Positions 51,989 to 64,000 of a DNA stretch of 64,000 nt are shown piece by piece. The position numbers and the translations under genes are program-made. Origin of the DNA: Paraphysomonas bandaiensis (Eukaryota > Protista > Chrysophyceae); the NCBI GenBank assembly GCA_965644295.1, contig CBFFRP010000244.1, positions 1 through 64,000 on the forward strand, given 5' to 3'. The notes beneath the pieces were generated by a model. It saw nothing but the letters and a program-made list of their open reading frames with translations, made no database searches and had not been told where the DNA came from. How positions within the stretch are numbered: position 1 is the first letter of the stretch; every line of letters starts with the position of its first letter.

Positions 51989-52373
51989 TAATAGAGAGCA
52001 TCACATCGATCAGACATTCCCTTGAAATTATTTGTGTGACCTTCTTCCGATATCGTAATTAATTTCCAGAAGTCACAACAAATTTGTGCTGATTAGTTAT
52101 GGGTAGAGGTCTAACTAGTATGCCTAGCATTCAACTAGCCACTATATTGGTACAAGTTTTTTCCCTCAACAAATTCGGACTCGCACCTTTTCGTGGTGTT
52201 CTGGGGGATAAGTACTGGAGAGATTCTCTCTGGGAAACTAACGTGAGCCGCAAACATAGTCAGCAGATATTCTTCTGCCCACTCATAGCCGAATGCTTGT
52301 GTGGTACAAGGGATACCAATAAGTGTCACTTGTGTAGTCGTCTTTGGCCCCTGACAAATAAACAGGCATCCGG
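51199..52373. repeat. Diverged ~215-bp inverted repeat (51199-51415 vs 52160-52373)
   Basis: tcccggatgcct, cccttgtaccacacaag, ggctatgagtgggcagaa and ccccagaacaccacgaa are shared in opposite orientation. Confidence 0.85.
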
Positions 52374-52703
52374 GAATGGGTCCACCTCAAGGGCATCCGG
52401 GACAGGGCCCACTTGCTATTGCTATTTAACCCCTATTGCTAAATAATAAGACTTTCAATATAGAAGTCGTATTACGATATTTGATACGGTCTTCAATCGC
52501 TTAATCATTACACAATTAATATTATTACTTTGCTATAATGTTATTCTATTTCACTACTCGTGTAGGCGTTGAAGAATATTATATTGCTCGAATATGTGTT
52601 CCATACGCACCGTGTATAGAAAGGAGATACAGCTGAATTACGCATATATAGTAAAATATAAATATGCGATGCACAAATTATTTTTACAAATCTTACCAAA
52701 CCA

Positions 52704-55700
52704 TTATGAAGCAGTGTAGTTATACAAAAAACTTTCAATGATAACAATTGACAGTTCATAGCACACAGAAACGCTTTCGCATTGCTTAATAAACTCCTGT
52801 AGTGTGGTACCTGACACATCTTTCGTTGACATGCAATCGCTCACTCTGGGTGTACTGGATGGAAGCCAAACGAAGCCATCCAATCCTACTCTGACAGCAG
52901 CATTACCTTTGCGCTGCATATACTGATTGTCATAATGAATGTGACGCCGTCCTCTATTTCTTGGAGTCGAAGACAGCGATTTAACCGAATCAATACTTCC
53001 AACCACGTTTTCTTCAGTTTGATGCTTCGGCAATTCAGACTCAGCACTAGGTACTGTTTCCGCAACTTTTTCAGGAACTTTAGTCGCAGATTCATTCGAC
53101 ATAACACTGACACCTTGCATCAGCGGGGATGTAGAAACCAGAGTCGATGTAGAACCGGAAAGAGTATTAGTGCCAAACGATCCAATTCCGTACAGTGCTT
53201 TCTCCCTACTCGGACTTCCGGGAATAATTTCGTCAGTGGACTCCTCGGATAATGACTCAGCGTGGCTGGCACTGTCAAGACTGCACACTGATTCCGAAGA
53301 GTTCATGGCTGATGGAACTTTTTCATCCGCTTTATCACACTTTATTTCATCTGCCATATGAAGCAGCTGCTGCCTGGCACTTCCCCTACCTGTAAAACGA
53401 GACCCAATGTCCATAAATCTGCTCCGAAAATCCGATCGGACTGGTGACCCCGCTTGTGTAGTTTTAAGATAAGACAACTTCTGCGACAGTTGAGACTCGC
53501 GATTTCGAGAATTTGTTTGCCTTCCTCCTGTGTAATTGCGAGAGTGTACGTCATATTTACATTGCGGATCTCGCATTCCAAGATCAGTCCAGTTCGTTCG
53601 CTGCTTCTCATCAGGAATCCAATCGAACTCTGTACACATTAAAATAAGTTTCTCGATTCGTGAAGTAGGCGACTCATATTGTTTAAGTACAGATAATGTC
53701 ACGTGGGGTGGCGATGAAGGCGGTAGTGTCAACGGCGGAACACGAATAATAGGATGAGCCCTAAAGGGGTGCAACTGCAAATTGGATGCACAAAAGTATT
53801 CCGGTATTTGAACAATGCGCAATGGGAGACTGGAAACGCGCCTAAAGAGATTATTTATAAATTTGTCCATTAATGCAGGAATGCAAACAATCCAATGAAT
53901 AGCAAAATGGAATACTCTTTTAAAGTTGTACGTGGGCTCACATTGAAGATAAGCCCACTGGGGAAGAGTGGTGGACTGATGCTTTCCAGCCAACCAAAAC
54001 TTGACATTAAGCATCTGTTTCTTGGGATTACACCCACGATCTGTATTCACATTTTCGTAGGATACCACTAAATCATCTGCGCGGTCACAATATGAATGAA
54101 ACACACTCAAAAATTTTTCAAATGCATTTTTGTAATCGTCTACGACGTTCGATAAATCTACAGACAACACAGGTATCACAGCAAATCTCAGTCTCTTTGC
54201 TTTCGAACCCTCTGATAAAACATCCATATTCCCGAGGAGAACTTCATCGGTAAGGTTCCATGAGTACTCTGGCTCTGGATACTGATAAAATAACTGCTTC
54301 GTGCTTTCAAATTTATGGAGATACCGTGACCATATTTTGTACGAGTAAAGAGCAGTTGTGTCACTGTCATTGACACCAATTTTAGACATGTAGCGATGAA
54401 CGCTAACGGCACCACGCGATGGTAAATATGAAAGAAATTGAATTCGGTGTCCCATTGAAAGCGCAATAAATTGCTGATCCGACGCCTCCTTTTCGTTGGT
54501 GGACAATACGAATCGTTTGTAGGACTTCATATCAACCGCATCAGCGTCAACAACTTGGAATTCCTGGGCTAAGCGCTGATTCACCATTTCCTCTAGAAGA
54601 GCCTCGGGATTTCTATAAGGACATACGGAAGGATCTAACAACAATGAATAATTGGATAGTGTATATCCGTTTCTAATATCGTCAATCGCTGGCAAGTAAT
54701 CAGTTGCCAATGGTAGAACGGCAGGCTGGCAAAGGCTGTTATAATTTAAATGATAGCCAGTGCTAATATTGGATTCAACGTGTCCAGAAGAAAATGCATA
54801 AGCCCACCTCCGTCTGTTGTGTGTTCGCGTTTCCATAAATTGTTGTCCCTCCTCTCTGCGAAAAGGGTTTATTCCGTACCTGCGCTTTTGAAACTCTTGT
54901 AATGGAAGTGAGAAAAGTCCCTTGTATGACACCGGAGGTTGAGACTTCAATCTATCACGGTCGATGTCCAGGCTTCCAGCAAGCGACACACCTGCACCAT
55001 CTGGAGGTGTCGCACACATAACACTGTTATCAGCTCCAGCTGAAGATGCCGAACGATGGCCGTCCCCACGTTGATCGTCTGATTTCTGAGATTGACGGCT
55101 CAATTGTTGGGATGTCTCGATATCACTTAGTGATGTTGCCACACCACTCTGTCGCTGAGTGGAGTGGGTGGAAATTCCTTTCCACTCCTTTCGAGTTGCA
55201 TCAATGCGGGTTCGAGACACAGGTATAGCAATAGGTGCACTGCTCTTTACCGCAGCTCTAGAAACATTCGATGGCTTGCGTTGCGGAGGACTGTCATTGG
55301 CACTCTCCTTCGCAACTGCATTAAAATACTGTTGGCGAAACCTATTTGACATTCGCGTTACAAGCGGCGAGTTAGTTACAGGATTCGTAGTCAGGGCAGG
55401 TCGCGACATGACGTGGCTTGTTGTGTCATTTCCATCGACCTGAGCTGAGGAGTAATTCGCGCCACGATTGTGCCTTATGCCGTCAGCATATTCTACGGGA
55501 AATTCTTGAAAGTTATACCCACTCATAACACGTGCACTTTGTGGTATTGGATTCGGCAAATAAGGTACTCGAGAATGTGAACGGTTGCAGGCTTTGCTTC
55601 TATCCGATATCGCTTCTCCCACTGCATCTTCTTTTACATTAGTATTCAGATACAAATTTCCGCCCTGGCCAGATAGAGATCCCGCACAATTAGACACGCC

Positions 55701-58042
55701 GATAGGCACCATCGTATGGGCTCCAGCAGAAGCTTTATAATCACTGCACTCACTATCTCTCCGACTTAAGGTTTTCGAAAACACCTGACAATAGCATACA
55801 CTTAAATTCATATCGAAACTTGCAAAAATCATACCTGGTACACTCTACTTCCAATACCTTTATCATGTAAATGCATTCGCTCTGCAAGAGTGGTTTTCTC
55901 ACTTTCTAATGTCCCATTTGCAATCATGCTCAATAAATTATCAGAACTGTCCGAAGATTCAAGAGGTGATCCCACTGCAGGAGTTGCACTTGCGACATTG
56001 CACTTCTCACGAAAATCGATTTTTCCCCATACAACGACCTTATCCGGTATGCTATTAGTATTACAAGAATTTACGTTCAATTTAGGCCCCGTGTCGCTAC
56101 ACTTTTCACTCTTAGATTCATCATGAAAATTATCATGTACGTTAGAATCACAATACTTCCCAGTTATGCTGTACAATAATGCCCGAGGAATAGATGAAAA
56201 GAGAGGAAGCGTGACAGAGTTTGACCTTGCAAAACCGCTTAATATATCTGTGTAAGGAAATGGGGCAAAACTCCCCCATAAATCTTCCTGGAGTAGCATG
56301 ACTTCTGTATTGAGTGAAGTCGCATGATTCGTAGCTAAGGACGGCTGTGCTGCAACTGATCCAAAGCTGTTATTCCGCGCATGTGACTTCACATTAAGAC
56401 TATCCCTCCTAGACTGCTGTCCACTTTCGTTCACATGAGATACGTGAGAAGGTAAATTATCAAGTGACCGCCGCTTTCTCCTCTTTCCTTGCTCAGGCAT
56501 ATATCGAAACTGTGCAGCATAGGTTGTTGTTGTCAGCGGTTTTAGTGCGTCGTCGGCATCCAGCTGCTCTAGCCCCGTCCATCTAAAGTCGTTCTTTGGA
56601 GGACCATTCCATCCATCAAAAACTTGTGATTCCGAATACTTTGTTTTCGCAGTCATCGGAGTTTGAGCGACCCCGGACATTTTCATATGCAGTGCCATAG
56701 AAGACCTAATAAAAGATTATTTCACGACAGAAAAAAAATATTGCACTTGCCTTGTGTCTTTTCCTATTAGAATATACTGCAAATTAATCCAGTGAGGCAC
56801 TTCATAAAATCCGCCTACGCCATGATCTTTCGGGAGAACATGAAAAAGAGGAACGACGTGAAGTGGTGGCTGGGAGAGTGAGACTAAATCCATTCCTATT
56901 CCGGTGTCCATCATGCGCTGCTTGGTAATCTGTGCAAGCTTCGGGTCAACTTTAAAATAGCCCGAGCCAGCTGTGACCATGACGATACTGTTTCCTGTCC
57001 GCACGAGATCACGGTCCATGTAATGTTTATCTAGAACGTTGAAAGTCACATTGATGGCTTCTAGCATATTCCCTTCCGCGGCCCCACTGGGAACAGTAAT
57101 GGTGCCAGTAGACGATGGCTTGGAGGGGGAGTCAGGCATGTCTCCATTCACATTTGGGAATGGCACTTTCCAATTCAGAGCCTTTGCAAAATCCCAGAAT
57201 TCCGCCTTAAGATTTCTGATAACAATTGATTTGTCATACACTGTCGAGTTTTCTAACACAACTTTAAAGTAATCTTGGTATGAAACCCGTTCGGAGGCAT
57301 CTGAGACGGTCTCCTCGGTGGAAATAACTTTATCACTATCAGCTTTTCCCTTCAGACGAAAGGTTCTTGCAAAAAACACTATTGACAAAGAGTGAGTAAC
57401 ATCCTTGCTTTTCCACCTATCTAGAATAGGATCCACGAACATGTGTAAAAAGCGTTCGAAATACAAATTTCCATTCCTCTCCATTTCCCACATTTCCGAT
57501 GATATCTGAATTAGCCAATAAATTCTTGCAGAGCGCGAACGAAATACAATGTTTGTCTTCGGTGTTATGATGCCAGACTTCACGTACTTTCTTTTCGTTT
57601 CAAGTTCTTGTATCTGAGCTTGCACATTTTCAATGCTCACCGACTGTCCACTGTACATTATTCTCCCGACAATGGCGTGTTTGAATCGCAATATATGACC
57701 GCGCTGAACAAATTGCCTTTTGCATGCTAATACAGCAAACTCTACTTCAGCATCTTCAGAGGCCACAGCACTGACCATAACACGAGACGACAGTGAGTTC
57801 AAGCTGAGTAATTCCGCCACAAGTTTGGACACCATAACCTCATATCTATTCCCTCTTGTGGACGTCACAGAGGTTACTTTCAACACCAGCTGATCATCCT
57901 TACTCTCTAGGTTCGATATCTGTACGTAGTCGCCCTCTGATATGGAGGGAGCGGTCTCGCTGCTTATCTCAGGGTGCTGGAGAGATATAGCGTCATCATT
58001 TGACTTGTTGTCTATGCGCACTGTGTACGTCCTCTGCGTCAT
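52704..58042 (-). CDS. DEPDC5: GATOR1 subunit DEPDC5/Iml1 homolog
   Basis: SABA domain FRSRSARIYWLIQISSEMW, GNMLEAIN, HYMDRDLVRTG, GIGMDLVSLSQPPLHVVPLF; SHEN region THNRRRW, SLCQPAVLPLATDYLP, EEMVNQRLAQEFQ, LSMGH; CTD-like region at ~53960-53740. Introns ~56706-56748 and ~55786-55834. Confidence 0.9.
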
Positions 58043-60009
58043 GACTCTCACTCGATGTCCCCCTACATCAGACACAGCATACTCTCCAGCTCTGCCTCTC
58101 TTGAGTATGCGTGTGTGTATATGTATCTGGGCATGAAGTCAACTTCGTCTGCTCCTCTATACATACATACACTCCGCTCTACAGAACCCTCTGCTATGAC
58201 TACATGAAATACCCCCTATACACTTTGTATACCATGTGCGTGATTGACTGCACATAAGATATGATGAGTATACATACGGCACGTATTCTTCAGTATAGTA
58301 GTTGACGATGTATGGAGTTGGTGGGTATCTTGCATATCTATCCATGATATGACAGTGTCCCTCACTCATAACCGTGCAGTCAATACATATGCATCGCAAC
58401 TAGACGTCACTACTTGGTGCAATGACGACAAGTAGCATACATACTTTCTAATATTTTGAGTAGAAGGAGAAGGACTATGTTTCATTCAAGCAAATGTCTT
58501 ATTTATTCTCAGGCCATATTCATATCTTGTAACTTAGAGCACATTGAGCTATACATATAACATTATATATATGATGATTGATGTGAAGAATTCAAGGAAG
58601 TTAAATGTTTCATAATAGCGAAACAAGTCTATCCATTTGCATGCATTCCATACCTAACGGCATAGATATCTATCGATCACACTCACTGTCAGTTTGCCAT
58701 ACCTTCATATTGCATGTTTGCTTGAGATGTATTGAGTACAAGAAGAGAATACCGCAACGTCAGATGGGGGAAGCAGGCACTGCATGTAGTGATAACTAGG
58801 ACAGGGTTGTCGAATATAACTTAGGGTTTTGTAGGAACGCACAATTTGGTCACATCATTTAACGAAACCCCGATAAGAAATGAAAGAAGAGGCGGGAAAT
58901 CGATTCGCTGCTGAAACACGCCCTAGGATTATGATAGTAGTTTGTTATTGGGACACACCAAAATTAATATAAAATAATATGATATGATAGTGAGTAGAGT
59001 AATAAATGTATATATAATAGAAGTATAAGTGCATGTAAGGTAGAGATGAAGTTTCTGTGGAAGTGTATCATAAGTAATGTTAAGCAAGTATAGCGACTTG
59101 CATGAAAACTCTCAATGGCACTGCAATAATAGCAATGCTCTGTTTCACACAATATTGGCCATTCAGTATCCGATTCAGACAGATAAATACATAAATACGA
59201 TCGCCATAATTTTATTTCTGCAATAACTACAACCAAACCGTACAAGTAGTTAAAGCTGGTCCTTGCAACTCATAAAAAATAATATATATACCAGGAATTA
59301 GTGATATTGAACAACATATTATGATAGTGTTGTTTGTGTAAATACGATTACAATTTACAATCATATACAATAGACACTTTGGTCTAAACCATATATATCT
59401 GCTGGCAACGGAACTGCCGGTCAGAATCGTGTTGCTACATTTGATGAAGTCTATGTAGAAACAAAAAAATGCATACTTTATATCTATATAGTTTTTCCTG
59501 CTCTTGATTAATACTTGTAGCACTAACAATTCTTCCACACGATATAGCAGCATACAGAAGTAAAATAGTGGTACGGAATATATATTATATATCTACGGTA
59601 ATGACTTTGCGGAAATCTGTAGAATGATCAAACGATTCGTCGTCATAAATTTATGCCTGTACTAGAGAAGGGAAATGCATACATGAGTAACCATAACAAA
59701 CTAAACACACAGCTGTATGAACTCGTGATGTGTATATGTTACACATATTTATATATTATTCACAAAGCATGAATCACTGCAGCACAAGCAAATATTAACA
59801 TTGCATCCCTCATTACGTCGCCACAAAAGGAACATATGCTACTCAATATTTATGGATCGAAAAGGTGAAACATAATACTGATACTCATGTAGTATTTGAT
59901 ATTTACATATAGAGTTATTACGAACCCGTGAATTTATTTTCATGGAAGACTCGCCACTGGTAGTACCATAGATTGCTGAGGACTTTGTATTACCCACTTC
60001 TGATGGCTC

Positions 60010-60699
60010 TTAATTTATTGTCGACTTAATATTATGAGATGATAAGAAATCGTCCGTTACATTTGGAAGGGTCGCTAGAAAACGGTTGACCTCCTCGAAT
60101 TGCTTATGTAAATAGTGCTTCATGTCCTCGGCATTCCAACTTTCAAAGTGCCAGCAATCATCATCCGCCTCTCTTCGCATTAAGTCTCGCCTACAATTCG
60201 GACATGACGGGTTTTGGTCGCGCCAATCCTAAGACAGTAGTATCAGAATATATAAAAGACATATGCAAGTCGACACCTCAAAGCATTTAGTACAGAAGCT
60301 ATGACTACACGGCAATACAATGTCCACAGGAGCATCCATACAAATAGTGCACTCATCGGAATCTTTTTTTAATTCATTTAGAGCTCCGGCAGCTACTAAG
60401 CGCTCAATGTCATACGCCATTTTGCGGAGGGTTAAATATTGACTGTAGCTCAAAACTCTTTTGACCTGAGATCTTGGTATTTCACCACCACCCTCGATTA
60501 CAGTACCGTGAATCAATTCTGACTGTGAGTAAGAAATAACATAACTTGGAGACTCAGGAAAAACATATTTAATGAACGATAAATGAGAGGCCTCTCTCGA
60601 GTTACTGACAGCGACATGTAGGATGAAATCATCATATAATAACCTCATTCTTTCCGCCACCACTTTCGCCTCATCTAATCCCGATTGGCTTTGGCCCAT
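60010..60699 (-). CDS. RNF141-like C3HC4 RING protein with a predicted N-myristoylation motif
   Basis: MGQSQS start; CTICMD...LPCSHSFCTKC|...CPNCR across intron 60229-~60277. Confidence 0.82.
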
Positions 60700-60799
60700 G
60701 ACTGAATGAGATGTTAATGGGAAGCACTGATATCTCCCTCCCTCCCTCACTCACTCTTCCTTATGATTCCTATGATCGTTCGACTGCTTCGACTGCTGT

Positions 60800-60832
60800 C
60801 TGCTGCTGTATAGGAGTGTAATACAGCAGCAG
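60800..60832. promoter_or_regulatory. Perfect 12-bp inverted repeat in the RING/BART bidirectional spacer
   Basis: ctgctgctgtat-(9 nt)-atacagcagcag. The structure is seen directly; a regulatory role is unproven. Confidence 0.4.
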
Positions 60833-61170
60833 TACTGCATAGAGTACACTGTGTTCGCAATTCCTACAACAGTATTCCGCGGTATTCTTGGAAGACAGGT
60901 CGAGGTGTTGGAGTTGAGTGAGATCGTATCGGCATCCTTTGTATATTTTTGTTCAAATATGCCTCGTACATTGAGACAATAATTATGTGTATTACAGCCG
61001 TAGTTTTATCACAGTAATATAGAGGATTTCTGCTTCAATATATTTCCGAATACTATGATGCTGTCTGCCGATACGATCAGAGGAGTGCTCTGCTCTGTTC
61101 GGCTGTGTGCAATAAGTAGCGCCTCATTTCAGTTCATTTACATCTGAGACTATTCGTGCGTCTCTGCGAT

Positions 61171-61617
61171 ATGAGATCAGAGCATAAAGGTTGTGATGAC
61201 GATGAAGAAACTGTGAGGACCCCGTGGAGAAAGTCCATACTAGGCGACGCAGTCCTCTACTGCTCATCTGATGACTTCGAAGAGGAAATTAATAACTTTA
61301 AGAGAAATAATGCGCATATTTTTGCTCAGTATGCAGAGTCGAAACACTCTGATGATATGGAGCATAAGTTAGAGTGTACTGAAGCATTTAATGAATATCA
61401 AAACCTAATTGAGAGTTTACTTGAAGACTTTACCGCTTCAAAGGGGTCGACAGTGAAGGAGTTTTATGCAGAATGCAGAAGTTCCATAGAAGGAGGATTT
61501 ACTGCACTTTTTGAGGATCATGAACACAAGTGGTTTGTTGATGCTCTCCTTTCTTGGCTAGATTACTCGCACTTCTTTGAAGATATGGTTCGTGCTTCTA
61601 GAATGAGTCATAAATAG
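61171..61617 (+). CDS. ARL2-binding BART-domain protein (BART/CFAP36-like)
   Basis: FEEEINNFKRNNAHIF...EHKLECTEAFNEYQNLIESLLEDF...LLSWLDYSHFFEDM. Confidence 0.82.
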   Translation: MRSEHKGCDDDEETVRTPWRKSILGDAVLYCSSDDFEEEINNFKRNNAHIFAQYAESKHSDDMEHKLECTEAFNEYQNLIESLLEDFTASKGSTVKEFYAECRSSIEGGFTALFEDHEHKWFVDALLSWLDYSHFFEDMVRASRMSHK

Positions 61618-62219
61618 CGCACAGTTTTTGGAAACTCAGTTTTTGCCATTTGTATGTTTCATGTATTGGCACCTAATATTGCTGTAATAATAGATGTTTT
61701 TTTTCCTCGAAATATCTTTATATCACGGATCTGCAGATGTAATGGTTATTATCGAGACTTCGAAGGAGATCAATGTTAGCTCTGAATTTATATCTTCATC
61801 ACGTGAAGATCGGTATTTACTAACTACATGCACTTATGAGTCTACACATGTAGATTTTAAGAAAAAGATACAGCAATACGTATTCAGCAATGTATAAATG
61901 AAGTTATTTAGGCGACTGTCGAATTCGATTTCGTAATAATATATAGATATAATAAGATAATAGCCAACTAATCATAAACTATGTCAGATTACATACAAAT
62001 AGAAAAAGTTATTGTATCGAAATAGTTGTATCGAGTATTGTTGTAAAACAAGGAGCAATATTGTTGTTTAAGAGTATAATATAATTTGTAATTTCCGCAA
62101 AAGCAGATCTTGTTCAATTGTAAAGCACTAAGCCTTTTTCATGCTCAACTATACGTTTTAAAATGATCATGGTAATAGTAAAACGATACTATGTCTAATG
62201 TCAGATTGCTAAGTAGGAG

Positions 62220-63180
62220 CAGGGCCAGTTAATTATTCATAGTAATGGCATAATCACTGCCGGGACCTATTTCATTAATTGCCATTATCCGGGAACTGGG
62301 TACTTGATATATATATCTTACAAAGAATTAAGTATTTATAAGATAATATTATAGTAGCTCCTCTATTCTCCGAATATACTCTAAACGATGTTCATGCAAC
62401 TCTACAGCTACTTAGCGGCAACTTTACGCATTTCAAGCGGCAAACTTAATGTATATATATATTAAAATAGTTTCGTGAGCAACAACATACTCGACAATTG
62501 AAGTGCCTGCTTCGTGGTGTTTGCAATTAACACTTTCATTGCTTTGTGAACGACACACATATATTATATGTGTTTAGGTAAAATAATAATAGCTCAAAAT
62601 ACAACAAATATAACAGCGTAATGACTGCCATATATATACTATCATATAATTCATCCTCCATATCAACCCACATTATGATATACTTCTTGTAAACTTCGTG
62701 GTTTTATTTACTTCTTAATCATACAAAATGAAGAATATCAATGACTCTACTATTGTTCATCACGCTTATGCTCTCGCTTCACGAAAGAATTCGCTTCCTT
62801 TTATGGATAGGGCCGATCCAATGACCCAGCTAGAAAATATGCATGAAAGTATTTCGGAAATAAGTTACGCAGTGAAACACACTTATTATAACATATATTA
62901 AAGAACGACGATGGCAACAAAATTGATGGTAGTGTCTTCCGGTGGATTTGGAAGCCTTGCAATAAGACCTTGATGTGCCAGTGGAGAGCGCAAAGTTTAA
63001 TGATGTGTAGTTACGATTCGTAGTCTGTTATTTTACTAAATTAGTAATTAAAGGAGTACCATATTATCAATTACGAGGAATATTATCTAGTTAGATATTA
63101 ATAAATGGCCAATATGATTACCGGGAAGTGGGCATCCATTAATGGGCCATTAATTAATGGCTACAACACCCCACACCCTG
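62220..63180 (+). mobile_element. Non-autonomous hAT-family element, degraded
   Basis: CAGGGCC...CCCTG termini. Interior (actctacagctactt, aaaatagtttcgtgagca, tgatgtgtagttacgattcg) is colinear with 26145-27851. No clean TSD. Confidence 0.75.
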
Positions 63181-64000
63181 GTATTAAGCACGCCATATTG
63201 AATTCTGAACCAATATATAGGTGCTTTCAACATACACACATACACATGCATGCGTTTGCTGCAAATTAACGACAAATCTTGAGCATATATAAATTTCACC
63301 AAATCTTATAGTTCATTACAGTACACCATCTAGTTCTCATTATTGCTTGCGCATGTAACAGAAAAGCAATAACTGTACCCCAATGAATGAACTGATTATT
63401 ACTCAACAGCCCAATAGTACTCCAGCTACACACTCTACTACTCTAGTCTCTAGTACCACTACTTATTACCTGACACTAGCCGGGAGTCTCTGGAGCTTAA
63501 AGCCATTTCTGATGCAATTCTCTTTTTACCACGACTGAGAGCATTGCTCAGTAAGTCGAGCATATCCACTACCTCACCTGCATGGTCTTCTTTTTCCATT
63601 TCAAACACGGTTTCATGCCGTAAATCAGCACATGAATCAACGACGTACTCGGACTGAACTTTCACTGCGCATTTCAAATGCTTTTCTCCCCTCCAATCTA
63701 ATAGGCATTCTGCTTGCTTGCGTCGTCTTCAATAACCTCGAGACATACACTCTCCGCATTTCAACATGTCACGGGAACCCACTTGTCACGCTCATTTTGT
63801 CGATAATGAGGCATAAACCTTTACAATAGCTCTCCCGCATAGTAATGAAGCTTGCAATACGAACTCACAGTTAATAATGGCACGATTCACTGTGTCTTCG
63901 CTCTCTCAAATTCCTTCTGTGGGAATAAGTCGATCCAGCGGAATATGTCGATCCAGCAAAAAAATCGACCTTTTTTCGTTATTTCTCTGAAATATATTCG

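Noticed and set aside
728-63180. Apparent frameshifts and stops splitting genes across ORFs (possible pseudogenes, recoding or alternative genetic code)
   Set aside because: Every host-gene break I traced is resolved by a short canonical intron under the standard code.
63459-64000. Coding-like minus-strand relic containing LIIDKMS, reminiscent of the PIF1/Helitron Walker B motif
   Set aside because: A single degenerate motif among stops, truncated by the window edge; insufficient.

Overview
Eukaryotic nuclear DNA with the standard genetic code and very short spliceosomal introns (mostly ~45-60 nt, GT-AG). The organism is probably a flagellated protist, most likely a stramenopile; this is inferred from CFAP206, a BART/CFAP36-like gene and CxxxC-type HMA motifs. 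I can reconstruct 17 host protein genes: Cu-ATPase, patatin, RPB3, a SET protein, an ING-N/SGF29-Tudor fusion, uL24m, SLC10/BASS, LYR, PEX1, a BET/GTE-like bromodomain protein, GT47, SLC35A, an orphan coiled-coil/Zn-ribbon protein, CFAP206, DEPDC5/Iml1, an RNF141-like RING protein and a BART-domain protein. Twelve of them form six head-to-head pairs with uniform 0.41-0.60 kb spacers rich in purine/pyrimidine-alternating (TATG/CATA) tracts. Transposons are confined to the longer AT-rich spacers: a Ty1/copia element with identical LTRs but a decayed interior, solo LTRs of two families with 5-bp TSDs, four non-autonomous hAT derivatives (two with near-perfect 8-bp TSDs), and a pogo/Tigger relic. 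The best novelty candidates are the ING-SGF29 reader swap, the bidirectional-promoter/microsatellite architecture, apparent concerted evolution inside the Cu-ATPase metal-binding array, and an unrecognised beta-rich domain on the BET-like protein. All alignments were done by eye; no database searches were run.
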